Translations under genes and position numbers: made by a program
NCBI GenBank assembly: GCA_017991415.1
Contig: JAGOQR010000001.1
Coordinates: 109,385-173,384, forward strand
Direction of reading: 5' to 3'
Length of the DNA stretch: 64,000 bases
Origin: Candidatus Magasanikiibacteriota bacterium
Lineage (GTDB): Bacteria > Patescibacteriota > Patescibacteriia > Magasanikbacterales > GWA2-37-8
Shown: positions 32,727 through 42,992 of the stretch, one piece after another
How positions within the stretch are numbered: the first letter of the stretch is position 1
Layout of the letters: each line of letters begins with the position of its first letter
The notes under the pieces: model-generated
Told to the model about the DNA's origin: nothing
Database searches by the model: none
What the model saw: only the letters and a program-made list of their open reading frames with translations

Positions 32727-33275
32727 TTAAACGGCACGAATAAAACAGGCATGGCATACTGGCTGGTACGTAAACGTACCGTCATCTGGTATAACAGGCG
32801 GCATTCCCGCGGTCACCGGTGCACCACTATTGAAAACTTGAGAGTACACTGCTTGTGGTTTTCGACAAATCTCACACACAGCTCTCTTGTACTTCACTTC
32901 TTTTGGACCAAGTTCCAATAAATTTTTTATAATATCGAACATTTTTCCCTTGTAGTCCAAATCTAGGCCCGCACCAACCACCTTAACACCTTTTTTCAAC
33001 AAAGTTGCCAACGCATCAAATTCTTTTGAATCAAACATGTGCAATTCATCTATTCCAACAACTGAAGCTGCATCAGCAGCAATATCGTGCAGACTGTTTA
33101 TTTTTTTCGCCTCAAGCGCCATACCATTTCGAGATGAGATTTGTGCGTCTCGCACATTTCGACTGGACTGATAAAGAGCAAATGGAATATCCGTATACTT
33201 AAGCGGAGCAAAATAACTTATCAGGTCAAAAGACTTTCCGCTTTTCATTGGGCCAAGAATTAACGTGAGATCCAT
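32727..33275 (-). CDS. tdk: Thymidine kinase
   Basis: P-loop GPMKSGKS and C-terminal zinc ribbon CEICRK...CHAC. 182 aa. Confidence 0.85.
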   Translation of the reverse strand: MDLTLILGPMKSGKSFDLISYFAPLKYTDIPFALYQSSRNVRDAQISSRNGMALEAKKINSLHDIAADAASVVGIDELHMFDSKEFDALATLLKKGVKVVGAGLDLDYKGKMFDIIKNLLELGPKEVKYKRAVCEICRKPQAVYSQVFNSGAPVTAGMPPVIPDDGTFTYQPVCHACFIRAV

Positions 33276-33370
33276 ACATAATAAAAATCGAAAATAAAAC
33301 TAGCTAAATTATACAGTAAATTTGTAAAAAAATAAAAGTCGCCTCTGGACCATCTTGCCAGAAAACGACC

Positions 33371-34249
33371 TCATGGAAAGTGCAACCTAACCCCTGCCTG
33401 GCCATAGAGCGCCCAGTGATCAGTGGCGAGCAAACCGCCTTTAATCAAGGCAAAAAAACAATACCTACCACTATCATGACTACACCAGGTTCCTCCCAAC
33501 CCGGTAAGAAACATGGTATTGCTCTTACTAATCTTCGTCAAGGACTCTTTGTCCAAGGCGCTAAGAAGCGCTTGAGCAGACATGTCGGCATTAATTCGCC
33601 CATCTAACCCGGCTGTCTGCAGTGAAACAAGCGGGTCAACAGAAAATCTGCCAACAGGAATACTCAAACCGAGACTCAGGCCAATACTAGTCAACCCTCC
33701 GGTCACACCAATATGCTGTTTGGCAAAGTCAGAAAAATCAAACTTACCATCAGTCACTTCTCCCACTCGGACCAAGACCTTTTGAACATCAGTTTCCAAA
33801 AAGCTAATCCACTGGAGCTGACCGCTGCCAAACAACTCAAGACCTTGAGGAATCGCCAGTCGCCACGACAGAGAAAGGCCGAGTCCCGCACCTTCGGCAA
33901 GCAAGTCGGATTCCAGATTATTGCTCTGGTAACCCAAACTGTAGCCGCCTTCGATGAACTGGATCCCCACCCCCATCTGAAGACCGGGAATGTTCCTAGC
34001 TTCGACAACACAGTCCAAGCTCAGCGAGTGCGTACTGCTAGCGATCTTCACAGTCGTACTGTGAACAGACGAAGCCGAGAAGAATTCCCAGGAATCAGCC
34101 GCACTACACGGAAATTGGCCAGCAGGCTCCAGCTCAACTTCTGGAACAGAAGCTGGCGGACTCGCCATCGCCGGTAGCAACAAAGCTATCGAGCTCACAC
34201 AAAAGACCAAGAGCCACCGAACAACAGACTCCGGAAAGTTGATGTGCAT
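33371..34249 (-). CDS. Secreted hypothetical protein (high-GC island 3)
   Basis: 292 aa at about 58% GC, with a signal peptide and Gly/Ser/Leu-rich alternating segments suggestive of beta-rich structure. The 3' UTR folds into a G-U-containing 12-bp stem plus U-run terminator at ~33300-33345. Confidence 0.5.
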   Translation of the reverse strand: MHINFPESVVRWLLVFCVSSIALLLPAMASPPASVPEVELEPAGQFPCSAADSWEFFSASSVHSTTVKIASSTHSLSLDCVVEARNIPGLQMGVGIQFIEGGYSLGYQSNNLESDLLAEGAGLGLSLSWRLAIPQGLELFGSGQLQWISFLETDVQKVLVRVGEVTDGKFDFSDFAKQHIGVTGGLTSIGLSLGLSIPVGRFSVDPLVSLQTAGLDGRINADMSAQALLSALDKESLTKISKSNTMFLTGLGGTWCSHDSGRYCFFALIKGGLLATDHWALYGQAGVRLHFP

Positions 34250-34305
34250 CGTTTTGTGCCCCCTATATTAAAGCTTAGGCTTGCGCGTACTTTATGTCAA
34301 ATAGA

Positions 34306-34878
34306 TTATATATAAAATTTTGAATATTTCTGTCTAAACTTTGCCAATTTAGGAGCAATGACTGCCTGACAATAAGCTTGATCTGGATTGCGGGAAAAAT
34401 AATGCTGATGATACTCTTCGGCTTCAAAAAATTCTGGTAACGGCAACACTTCTGTTACAAACGGATCGTCATATACTTTTTCTTGTGTTAATTCTTTGAT
34501 AATTCTTTCTGTAGCTTCTTTTTGTTTTTCATTAGTATAAAAAACTACGGAACGATATTGCGTACCAATATCATGTCCTTGACGATTAAGCGTAGTTGGA
34601 TCATGAATCACAAAAAAGATATACAATATATCTTCGCGTGTTATCTGCATTGGATCAAACGTAATTTTTACCACTTCGGCATGGCCAGTACGACCGCTGC
34701 ATACCTGCTCATAGAGAGGCTTGTCGACAGAACCCCCAGCGTACCCAGAGACCGCTGACTCTACTCCTTTTGTACGAGAATAAGCGGCTTCTAAACACCA
34801 AAAACAGCCACCGCCCAGTACTATTGTTTCTAAATTTGACATATATAATAAAAAAATTACATAGCAATAATACCGCAT
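34306..34878 (-). CDS. msrA: Peptide methionine sulfoxide reductase MsrA
   Basis: Active-site motif GGGCFWC. The true start is probably the internal Met (MSNLETIV...) at about 34842. Confidence 0.85.
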   Translation of the reverse strand: MRYYCYVIFLLYMSNLETIVLGGGCFWCLEAAYSRTKGVESAVSGYAGGSVDKPLYEQVCSGRTGHAEVVKITFDPMQITREDILYIFFVIHDPTTLNRQGHDIGTQYRSVVFYTNEKQKEATERIIKELTQEKVYDDPFVTEVLPLPEFFEAEEYHQHYFSRNPDQAYCQAVIAPKLAKFRQKYSKFYI

Positions 34879-34905
34879 TCATGCCCATCTTACAATTAAA
34901 AAAAA

Positions 34906-34940
34906 TAAAAAAGGCTCATTGTTTAGAGCCTTTTTTATTT
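34906..34940. terminator. Intrinsic terminator
   Basis: AAAAAAGGCTC-attgtttA-GAGCCTTTTTTATTTT. Confidence 0.7.
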
Positions 34941-34948
34941 TAAAATAT

Positions 34949-36226
34949 TTAGTATCTTCTGCGGAAATTTCTGTTGCCACCGCTATTTCCACCGCCATAT
35001 CCGCCGCCTGAAGAACGTCTTGGTGGAAAATTACCTCGGCGTCTATTATCTTCTTCTTTAAAGAAACTTGGCGCAGCATTAGCTCGACGTGGAGGCAAGA
35101 CCGGCAAAGACATAACAGGAATAGTCTTTTTGATAAGGCGTTCGATTTGTTTAATATCGCTTCTTTCATCTGGAGAAGCAAAAGAGATTGCTTTACCAAA
35201 ACTTTCGGCACGACCAGTACGACCGATACGGTGCACGTAATCTTCAGAATTATCTGGAAGATCGTAGTTAATTACCAAAGAAATACCAGTTACATCAATA
35301 CCGCGAGAAGCAATATCGGTTGCCACGAGCACTCTATATTTTCCGGTTTTAAATCCTTGCAATGCTTCTTTGCGCTGACCCAACGATCTGTTGGAATGAA
35401 TTTCTGCAGCGGTATGACCCATGCCACGTACGTTCATATTAATTCTTTTTGCACCATGTTTAGTGCGAGAGAAAATTAATACCGAACCAGTGGTCTCGGA
35501 TAAAATCTTGTCGAGTAACTGAGTTTTAGCGTCTTTATTTACGATAAATAATTCCTGTTCTACATTTTTGGAAGAAGTACCTGCTGGAGCTACTTCAATG
35601 CGCAACGGAATTTTCATATAGCGACTAGCAATTTCGGCAATCGCGCGAGGCATAGTAGCCGAAAACATAAGCGTCTGGCGATCGGTAGGTACCAAGGATA
35701 AAATCTGTTTAATCTGCGGCATAAACCCAATATCAAACATGCGATCAGCTTCATCAAGCACCACAATTTTCATGCGGTTAAGCGTTAAGTTTCTTTGTTC
35801 CAAGTGGTCTACAAGTCTGCCTGGCGTTGATACAATAATATGTGGCCCACGAGCCAACATTTGTCTTTGTTGATACGCAGAAGCACCACCAATAAGCACA
35901 GCTGTGCGAAGCCCTAACGGACGACCAACTTTTTGCAATACTTCATCTACCTGAAGCGCTAATTCGCGAGTAGGTAACAAAATTAACCCTTGAGCTGGGC
36001 CAGGAGCCTGTGAAAGCAATTGAATCATTGGGATACCAAAAGCCATGGTTTTACCCGTACCAGTCTGGGCAATACCAACGATATCTTTACCTTGCAAAGC
36101 CTGAGGAATACACTGATGCTGGATAGGTGTGGGCGTAACATATTTCAATCGCTCCAAATTATCTAAGAGTTTCGGAGCAATGCCAAGGTCGCTAAAACGA
36201 GCTTGGACTTGTGCGTTCTGTGTCAT
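34949..36226 (-). CDS. DEAD-box ATP-dependent RNA helicase
   Basis: Q-motif region, AQTGTGKT, DEAD (VLDEADRMFD), SAT, HRIGRTGRAG, and a Gly/Arg-rich C-tail. Confidence 0.9.
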   Translation of the reverse strand: MTQNAQVQARFSDLGIAPKLLDNLERLKYVTPTPIQHQCIPQALQGKDIVGIAQTGTGKTMAFGIPMIQLLSQAPGPAQGLILLPTRELALQVDEVLQKVGRPLGLRTAVLIGGASAYQQRQMLARGPHIIVSTPGRLVDHLEQRNLTLNRMKIVVLDEADRMFDIGFMPQIKQILSLVPTDRQTLMFSATMPRAIAEIASRYMKIPLRIEVAPAGTSSKNVEQELFIVNKDAKTQLLDKILSETTGSVLIFSRTKHGAKRINMNVRGMGHTAAEIHSNRSLGQRKEALQGFKTGKYRVLVATDIASRGIDVTGISLVINYDLPDNSEDYVHRIGRTGRAESFGKAISFASPDERSDIKQIERLIKKTIPVMSLPVLPPRRANAAPSFFKEEDNRRRGNFPPRRSSGGGYGGGNSGGNRNFRRRY

Positions 36227-36368
36227 ACTAAATTGTTTAGTGACCCGATAAAACTTTGGTCACTATAACTATGACACAAGAGATTCGAGTCTAAGGTTAG
36301 CTAAAATGCTACCTATAACTTAAGAAGGCACTAGTATAGCATAAAATAGGGGTTTTGTCAAGGTAATA

Positions 36369-36398
36369 TTGACAAGGCTTACTATTTTTTGTTATATT
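36369..36398 (+). promoter_or_regulatory. Promoter module TTGACA-N18-TATATT upstream of high-GC island 4
   Basis: Similar to the island 1 and island 5 promoters (TTGACAAGGCTTACTATTTTTTGTTATATT). The downstream leader has a GGCTATAAATTTATAGCC palindrome and an AAGGAG SD 8 nt before the ATG. Confidence 0.45.
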
Positions 36399-36522
36399 TG
36401 TTTATTCTCCTAATTTTAAGGGGTTTTTGACTCTTTACAAAATGCATATAAGTTACAGGGCAGGAATTTTATGGCTATAAATTTATAGCCCTAGAGTCCT
36501 TGTCCTGTGGCAAGGAGCTGCA

Positions 36523-37146
36523 GTGATGTATCGCGAAAGCGAAAGGACGACCGTGAGACTCACAAACATATACGTTTGCACCTCCTCCGCTGAGCTGCAA
36601 AATGCTCTTCAGGCTGCATTCCAGCCCTTTGAGTCCCTACCGAAGGGCAACTCTGGCGAAATGCTCGCTTGGGCCATGATCCGCTGGGTCCGCACAAAGA
36701 CCAAAGACGATGATCAGCTTAGCGCGGCGACTGCAGTTCTTCGACTCGTTCAACAGGCCAGAACTAAGGAGCACTGCACTGTCGAATTCGGGACCTCCCA
36801 CGTGAGCCTTCATACCCCTTACACCTCACGCACACAGATCAGTCTATATTGGTACCACAATGACAACTATCACGTTGAGGTAAAATTCGGAAACAGAGGC
36901 TCTGAGACGCGGGCGATGATAATCCTGGAAACGGCCGAACGAAATGGAGTAAAATTCGATGCTTACCACGATCAAAAACGCATCGAACGCCGAGAGGTAC
37001 TGGGTGCTCTGCTCCACCGAGCCATACAGCAACTCGAGCAGATCGAAGCTTCCCCGGTGAGAAAGGGCTTTCCCAGGCGCTACAAGACTGCGGCCATAAC
37101 CAAAGCTCGGGCCACTGTCGCCTTTTTCGAAGGTCTCACAGCGTAG
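36523..37146 (+). CDS. Hypothetical cytoplasmic protein (high-GC island 4)
   Basis: 207 aa at about 57% GC, with no signal peptide and no motif recognised. Confidence 0.45.
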   Translation: MMYRESERTTVRLTNIYVCTSSAELQNALQAAFQPFESLPKGNSGEMLAWAMIRWVRTKTKDDDQLSAATAVLRLVQQARTKEHCTVEFGTSHVSLHTPYTSRTQISLYWYHNDNYHVEVKFGNRGSETRAMIILETAERNGVKFDAYHDQKRIERREVLGALLHRAIQQLEQIEASPVRKGFPRRYKTAAITKARATVAFFEGLTA

Positions 37147-37258
37147 CCGGTCATCAGTACCTGCAGCGATGATCCCGGCAAGATAAAACCACCCTCGAAC
37201 GCACTGTGCTTATAATAATTTGTAAGTAGAATGCGAGGGTGGTTAACAAAAATAATTG

Positions 37259-37294
37259 AAAAAGCAGACTATTACTAGTCTGCTTTTTCTTTTG
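37259..37294. terminator. Intrinsic terminator
   Basis: AAAAAGCAGACTA-ttac-TAGTCTGCTTTTTCTTTT. Confidence 0.7.
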
Positions 37295-37307
37295 TTGAAA
37301 ATACTAA

Positions 37308-37562
37308 TTAGGAAAGGTGCTTAGAAACGAGTTTAGTCATTTCAAACATGTTTACTTTAGCCTTACCACCAAACACTACTTTCAAGGCTTCGTCAGCATT
37401 GATATCGCGTTTATTTTTTTCATCCTGAAGGTTTTTACCTTTGATGTAAGCCCATAATTTTTTAACCACTTCAGAGCGTGGCATAGGACCTTTACCAACA
37501 ACAGCAGCGAGTTCAGCGCTGATAGTCATTGGTTTCATAAAAGCAGAGTTTGCTTTTGGCAT
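37308..37562 (-). CDS. SWIB/MDM2 domain protein
   Basis: 84 aa. KPMTISAELAAVVG...MPRSEVVKKLWAYIKGKNLQD matches the SWIB fold consensus. Confidence 0.6.
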   Translation of the reverse strand: MPKANSAFMKPMTISAELAAVVGKGPMPRSEVVKKLWAYIKGKNLQDEKNKRDINADEALKVVFGGKAKVNMFEMTKLVSKHLS

Positions 37563-37716
37563 ATAACTTTTATTTTAGCGAAGTCATGTCTTGACGTGAG
37601 CCAAGACGCTGAATTCAATTAGTTAATTATTAATTATGATTATACCAGACGGCTTCTTGTAAAGCCAGGTACGGTTATCAGTATAACACCTATTCAAAAA
37701 TAGTACAATTTACGGA

Positions 37717-38316
37717 TTAGGCCGAAGCTTTTTTAAAGGCTTCACGTTCGCTTAGGCGAGCCATCCAGGCCAAAATATTTGGATAGCTAGAAATATCAAA
37801 ATTGGCAAAAGGAGCTACTTGCACAACCGACATAGCCGTAATATCAGCTAACGTAAACTTACCCAAGGCCATATATTCTTTATCCGCTAAATGCGCCTCA
37901 AGCACACCGAGATATCGTGGCAATTCGTTCTCACGAGCATTTTTCGTCATTTCGGAGTCTGGAGTATTCTGATATTTTTGCATCACAAGCGGATGGAATG
38001 ATTCGGACAAATGAGTAATAGACCAAATGTTCCATTTGTTTACTTCGGCATGTTCTTGAGCAGTAGCACCGACAAATTGAAAGCCATTATATTTTTCCAT
38101 TAAATAATAATTTATGGCTACAGATTCCCACAATACAAAGCCATCATCAATAATAGTTGGCACTTTACCGTTAGGGTTAAGTTTTAAATATTCGGCCGAT
38201 TTGTGCTCTTGTTTAGAAAAATCAAGTAGCATGGTTTCGTACGGAATTCCAAGCTCTTCCATGAGCCAATAACACCGAAACGCGCTAGACTTTTTTGAAC
38301 CGTAGATCTGGATCAT
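37717..38316 (-). CDS. Glutathione S-transferase family protein
   Basis: N-terminal thioredoxin-like GST domain (IQIYGSKKSSAFRCYWLMEELGIPYE...NPNGKVPT). 199 aa. Confidence 0.8.
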   Translation of the reverse strand: MIQIYGSKKSSAFRCYWLMEELGIPYETMLLDFSKQEHKSAEYLKLNPNGKVPTIIDDGFVLWESVAINYYLMEKYNGFQFVGATAQEHAEVNKWNIWSITHLSESFHPLVMQKYQNTPDSEMTKNARENELPRYLGVLEAHLADKEYMALGKFTLADITAMSVVQVAPFANFDISSYPNILAWMARLSEREAFKKASA

Positions 38317-38350
38317 ATGATTATATTAATTTATTGAATTATTACTATAT

Positions 38351-38830
38351 TTACAATGCCCCAACTGGCTCATCATCCGCAATACCTTGTAGTGAAGCTA
38401 ATTCTAAATATATTTCACTTCCAACTTCTTCATCCTCTGTAAATTTCCATCTTTGCTCTTCGTTTATAAATAATTTTTTATAAGCCTTGCCAAGCAGACG
38501 AAATGTTTCCGACCGCTCCAAGCCGTAGTCTCTTTCTATTTTTAAAACGTCCTGTAAAACCTTCCGTGCTTTTGCCTGCAACTCTCTTTCATCATCTTCA
38601 ACAGCTAATTCAAAATGCTGCACTCGTTCCGCCCTCAACTGAAGATAATCAGGAAACATTTCTGTTACTTTTTTCACTAACGCCTTGAGTCGGTGTATTA
38701 TAAACTGCTCCCGTTCCAGTTCATTCTCTATAGAAGCTGCGGATGGATCAAAATTTTGATTACTTTTTTCAGTCCTGTTTTGGGCATCTTTTTGTGCTGC
38801 AGCACGATCTGGAGAACTAAATCTTTTCAT
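38351..38830 (-). CDS. Hypothetical protein
   Basis: 159 aa, charged. Probably the last gene of the ABC transporter operon. Confidence 0.4.
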   Translation of the reverse strand: MKRFSSPDRAAAQKDAQNRTEKSNQNFDPSAASIENELEREQFIIHRLKALVKKVTEMFPDYLQLRAERVQHFELAVEDDERELQAKARKVLQDVLKIERDYGLERSETFRLLGKAYKKLFINEEQRWKFTEDEEVGSEIYLELASLQGIADDEPVGAL

Positions 38831-38836
38831 ATTAAA

Positions 38837-39592
38837 TTATTTTAATATCAGATTTCGTTTGGCGGATATTTGCATAGCCACAAAAAATAGCATCGAAAAT
38901 CCAAGCATAACCAGTACCGAAACAGCCGGATTTAAATCTGAGTAATCAGTCAAACTATATCTAAAAAAGTTAATATTGTGGTGAATTGGATTAAACAAAC
39001 TAATCACATTCCATGGGTGGGGTAAGTTAGCTACCGGGTAAAACACGCCAGCCAAAAATATCATCGGTTGCATCACAAAACTGGTCATCAGGGTAAGAGC
39101 TTCAAAATTCTTTGCCCAAAAACCAAAGGCCACGCCAAGCATGCCAAATTCTAATCCGGTAATAAATAAAGCAAATAAAAAATATAACGGATGCGCAGGC
39201 AAGCCAAGCCCCGGAATAAACCAGATAGTAGCAAGCAGGGCGATCACAACCGTAATTACCCCGCGGGTAAAGGCGGCCATTGCATAGGCAATACCAATGC
39301 GCCAGACTGCGATTGGTGCAAGCTGCAAGTCTATAATATTACCCAAATTTTTGGCAATCACAAGCGCAAATGACGGATTGGAAAAACTACTATTAACAAT
39401 AAGCATGGCCAACAAGCCAGTATATACAAACGTTAGGTACGGCAATGATCCGACGGCGCGGCCAGAAGTAACAATACCAAATACGCCTAAGTATAAAGCA
39501 ATAGAGACAATCGGATTAAACACCGTATCAATCCAAATTTTTTGAAATCGTTTTACTTCTCGAGCGTATAATGCCCACATGTTTATTTGCAT
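38837..39592 (-). CDS. ABC-2 family transporter permease
   Basis: 251 aa with six TM helices. Confidence 0.7.
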   Translation of the reverse strand: MQINMWALYAREVKRFQKIWIDTVFNPIVSIALYLGVFGIVTSGRAVGSLPYLTFVYTGLLAMLIVNSSFSNPSFALVIAKNLGNIIDLQLAPIAVWRIGIAYAMAAFTRGVITVVIALLATIWFIPGLGLPAHPLYFLFALFITGLEFGMLGVAFGFWAKNFEALTLMTSFVMQPMIFLAGVFYPVANLPHPWNVISLFNPIHHNINFFRYSLTDYSDLNPAVSVLVMLGFSMLFFVAMQISAKRNLILK

Positions 39593-39599
39593 ACAGTAT

Positions 39600-40508
39600 C
39601 TAGCCCTTATTATTTGTTAATTTTAAAAAGATATATTCAAGCGAAGCTGCTTCGGAACGAATAGATTTTAAATTGTGATTATAATGATTGGTTAATTTGC
39701 TCATATCAGTAGCCAGGTCGGTTGAAATGGGATATTCATATTCCACACCCACTTCGGATACACCTGGCAGTGGCGAAACAGAGCGATCAAAAAGTTCAAA
39801 GTGAATAGTATTTTTTGAAAACTCTTGTTGAATATCTTTTAATTTTCCACTCTTAATGAGATGACCGTGATCAATTAAGGCAATAGACTCACAAAGCTGC
39901 TCTGCTTCTTCTAAATAATGGGTAGTAAAAACAATAGTTGTCCCCTCCTCGTTTAACCTACGAACGAGACTCCAAATTTTTTGACGTAAGCTCACATCTA
40001 CACCAGCTGTTGGCTCATCCAAAATTAATAATTTTGGTTTATGCAAAATTGCTTTGGCCACCATCAAGCGTCTTTTCATGCCGCCAGACAAATTACGAGC
40101 ACGTTCGTGTATTTTATCCTCTAACCCAAGATCTTCTAACACAGATTTTATTCGGGCCTTACGTTCGCCACGAGGCACACCGTACATACCACCAAAATAA
40201 TATAATACTTCTTCTACCGTAAAAGCCATCTCTACCACAATTTCTTGTGGTACCACCCCAATAAGCTGCTTAGTTTTATTAGCATCTTTTAAAACATTTA
40301 AATCAAAAACATCTATATTGCCGCTACTTGGCAACAAAACACCGCTAATCATATTGATTAGTGTTGATTTTCCAGCTCCATTAGGACCAAGCAGGCCATA
40401 GATTTTACCTGCTTCAATGTTTAACGAAACATTGTCGACAGCTTTAAAATCCTCACCTTTGGTATTTTTGAATGTTTTGGTGACATTGTTTATTTTCAGT
40501 GGGAGCAT
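39600..40508 (-). CDS. ABC transporter ATP-binding protein
   Basis: Walker A GPNGAGKST, signature LSGGMKRRL, Walker B LLILDEPT. Confidence 0.88.
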   Translation of the reverse strand: MLPLKINNVTKTFKNTKGEDFKAVDNVSLNIEAGKIYGLLGPNGAGKSTLINMISGVLLPSSGNIDVFDLNVLKDANKTKQLIGVVPQEIVVEMAFTVEEVLYYFGGMYGVPRGERKARIKSVLEDLGLEDKIHERARNLSGGMKRRLMVAKAILHKPKLLILDEPTAGVDVSLRQKIWSLVRRLNEEGTTIVFTTHYLEEAEQLCESIALIDHGHLIKSGKLKDIQQEFSKNTIHFELFDRSVSPLPGVSEVGVEYEYPISTDLATDMSKLTNHYNHNLKSIRSEAASLEYIFLKLTNNKG

Positions 40509-40604
40509 ACGAAAAATTCTTAAATTTGCGATAAAGGTGAACTTCTAACCAGCTGAACAAGGCTGCATCATTATAATTCTAGAAATAAACAAAGGCAACT
40601 ACAC

Positions 40605-41051
40605 CTATTTATTCGAAGCCCGAGCTACGGCTTGGTTCAGAATATCTTCCAGCTCCTGAGTAGCGTTTTTATTTAACAAATTCAATTGATGAATGAAGGT
40701 CGCGCGCAGATTGGCTGGCACCGCCAATTCAAAAAACTTGCGAAAGATTTCTGCTTTTTCTTGCGGATAGATAAATGTTTTCCAGCCACGTGCAGAAAAT
40801 TCCTCAGCACAACCAGCCAAATACCGAGGATCTTCTACTTCAATTTTTTCTCGATCCACATCAATCTGCCCTTCTGCAAAATGTTCGGCGCGTACATATA
40901 CCCCTTTAGATACAAGGTCTTTTAACAAGGCAGGTATTTTTTTAGTTAGACCAGGCGTACAAAAAACTAATTCTAAACCACTATCTATTTTTTTAAAAAT
41001 GGCACTTGTTTTATAATCTTGACTGCAGATACAGAAAAAAAGCATTAACAT
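40605..41051 (-). CDS. Hypothetical protein
   Basis: 148 aa. Confidence 0.35.
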   Translation of the reverse strand: MLMLFFCICSQDYKTSAIFKKIDSGLELVFCTPGLTKKIPALLKDLVSKGVYVRAEHFAEGQIDVDREKIEVEDPRYLAGCAEEFSARGWKTFIYPQEKAEIFRKFFELAVPANLRATFIHQLNLLNKNATQELEDILNQAVARASNK

Positions 41052-41059
41052 ATAAATAA

Positions 41060-42793
41060 TTATTGATTATTAACAAAGTAGTCCAAATCTAAAAAGTTAT
41101 CATTTTCGTCTCTCCAGTCAGTATTAAAGAGGAGAGGCTCAGAATTGTCATTTAGAATCGAAAAAAGTTGCTGTTTTTCATCTTCAGTAAATAAACCCGC
41201 ACGAAAAGTTGTAAAATCTAAATCGTTCGCATTTACAATTTGATCAACTGCGGACAATAATTTTTCTGCTCTAGCATTACCAAAGGATTTACTTTGCTCA
41301 TCTATTTCTTGAGCGTCAAAAAATAATACTTCCAATGACTGATCGGATGGCGGTAAGGTTTTTAACTTTTTTACTCCTGTTTTATCAGCTTGAAGACTGG
41401 CTAATAAAAACTCTCGGTCTTGACAAAACACTATATACTTAAGTACTAAGCCTCGTTCAGCGTCGGTTAATTTAGAATCTAAAAAAGCAACTAATTCTTG
41501 TCGGCCTTGCTGCTGCAAGGCTTTATCAATTGCCTTATCTGCATTAAGTTCATGCTGATCAAGCCATGCTTGGTATCTATCGCGCATTAAAGGTGATAAA
41601 GTTTTAAACTGAGCTTCAATTTCTTTATACCTTTTATATGCTTGCTCTTTATTCATCTTACTTGTAATTTCTAACCGAGCTTGTAACGCCTTATCTCGAT
41701 CAAAATTGGGGTCCATTTTTTTAACAAACTCATCCACCAGTTTATAGTCTGCTTCTGGTAAATTTAATTCACCATCAAAATAAGCCCCTCCAATTTCTGC
41801 CCAATATTCTTCGGCTTTTATATTCAATTCTTCTTCTTTATCTTCATTACTAATTGATTCAACATATGCTGATATATACCGATCTTCAGATTGGACACGA
41901 TCATATACTGCTACTTTCAAACTTGCTCGTTCAGTTTTAGTAAGCCTCCCACTTCTCTTCCAGTCTCCCGCATGACTACCTTCATGGGCGAGCGTCCTAC
42001 TCCATATCGATCGTGAAGACGCGCTTTCTTTTGTCACAGAAATAAGTTCTGTGCCAAAAATTTCAATCCCATATGCCGCACCTTTCATTCCTCTCCAAAA
42101 AACTATACTGGTGTCAGCACCGCCCAAACCACCCTCAGCAGTCGCCACTGCCTGAGAATGTTTATGCAATTCTGATCCATAACTTTCATGCATCGCATAC
42201 CTCTCATTTATAAAATCAATCAACCCAATTTCATTAGTAAACCCCTTTGGAAATGTTGCTAAAATGGCATCAATACGTTCTGGCGTAGCCTCAGAATCTA
42301 AATTCTGCAGATTATCATAATTAATAGCTAGATGATGATTAGTATCATACTCTCTAGAATCAAGCCGCCTGCTGAGCTTATAAAGCTGACCTCCAAGAGA
42401 TGCTGCTAACCCAAGATAGACGGCTGCCCATTGCAATTTATACTTTGTTTGCACTTCCCTCAACGCAGCAACTAACTGCTTGTCTCCTGCTTCTTTCTCA
42501 TCCACATTCCAATCCTCATTATTATTTTCTAGTTCTAAAGCTTCTTTTTCTAATCTATTAAGAACCTGACTCATATGACCCATACGCACCTGTTCTGCAA
42601 ATTCTTCATCTGTATCAAGCAGTTCATAAAAAAGATCTGGATACCCTCTATCAACCCAAATTTGACTACCTCTCACAAGATTTTCATCTCCTAAAAACTG
42701 CTCTATGCGCTTCTGCATATCAATTGCCTGAACATCAAGCTTCTTATTGTTATGATCATGCGCAATAACAGACTCTCCTCTTCCTCTTTCCAT
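41060..42793 (-). CDS. Acidic hypothetical protein with an HExxH zincin-like motif
   Basis: 577 aa with no signal peptide. LAHEGSHAGDW contains HEGSH. Confidence 0.4.
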   Translation of the reverse strand: MERGRGESVIAHDHNNKKLDVQAIDMQKRIEQFLGDENLVRGSQIWVDRGYPDLFYELLDTDEEFAEQVRMGHMSQVLNRLEKEALELENNNEDWNVDEKEAGDKQLVAALREVQTKYKLQWAAVYLGLAASLGGQLYKLSRRLDSREYDTNHHLAINYDNLQNLDSEATPERIDAILATFPKGFTNEIGLIDFINERYAMHESYGSELHKHSQAVATAEGGLGGADTSIVFWRGMKGAAYGIEIFGTELISVTKESASSRSIWSRTLAHEGSHAGDWKRSGRLTKTERASLKVAVYDRVQSEDRYISAYVESISNEDKEEELNIKAEEYWAEIGGAYFDGELNLPEADYKLVDEFVKKMDPNFDRDKALQARLEITSKMNKEQAYKRYKEIEAQFKTLSPLMRDRYQAWLDQHELNADKAIDKALQQQGRQELVAFLDSKLTDAERGLVLKYIVFCQDREFLLASLQADKTGVKKLKTLPPSDQSLEVLFFDAQEIDEQSKSFGNARAEKLLSAVDQIVNANDLDFTTFRAGLFTEDEKQQLFSILNDNSEPLLFNTDWRDENDNFLDLDYFVNNQ

Positions 42794-42992
42794 AAAACTT
42801 CTTTAAGAAATAAATCTATAATACTGAATTAATATAATAGCTCTAAAGAAGAATAAAATCAAACGAATTAGTAAAAAAATAGAGACTAAAATCTTTTTTA
42901 AATAAAAGCGCACCGTGGGTACAGTGCGCGAGGACGGCAGCGAGATGTCGTCGAAGACGAACAAGTCGCATGTTGCTGAAAGAACGAAGGAA

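Noticed and set aside
34879-35479. ORFs 34879-35211 (minus), 34974-35240 (plus) and 35147-35479 (plus) overlapping the DEAD-box helicase gene.
   Set aside because: They lie within or antisense to a well-supported helicase CDS whose Gly/Arg-rich C-tail creates open alternative frames. No independent signals were found.
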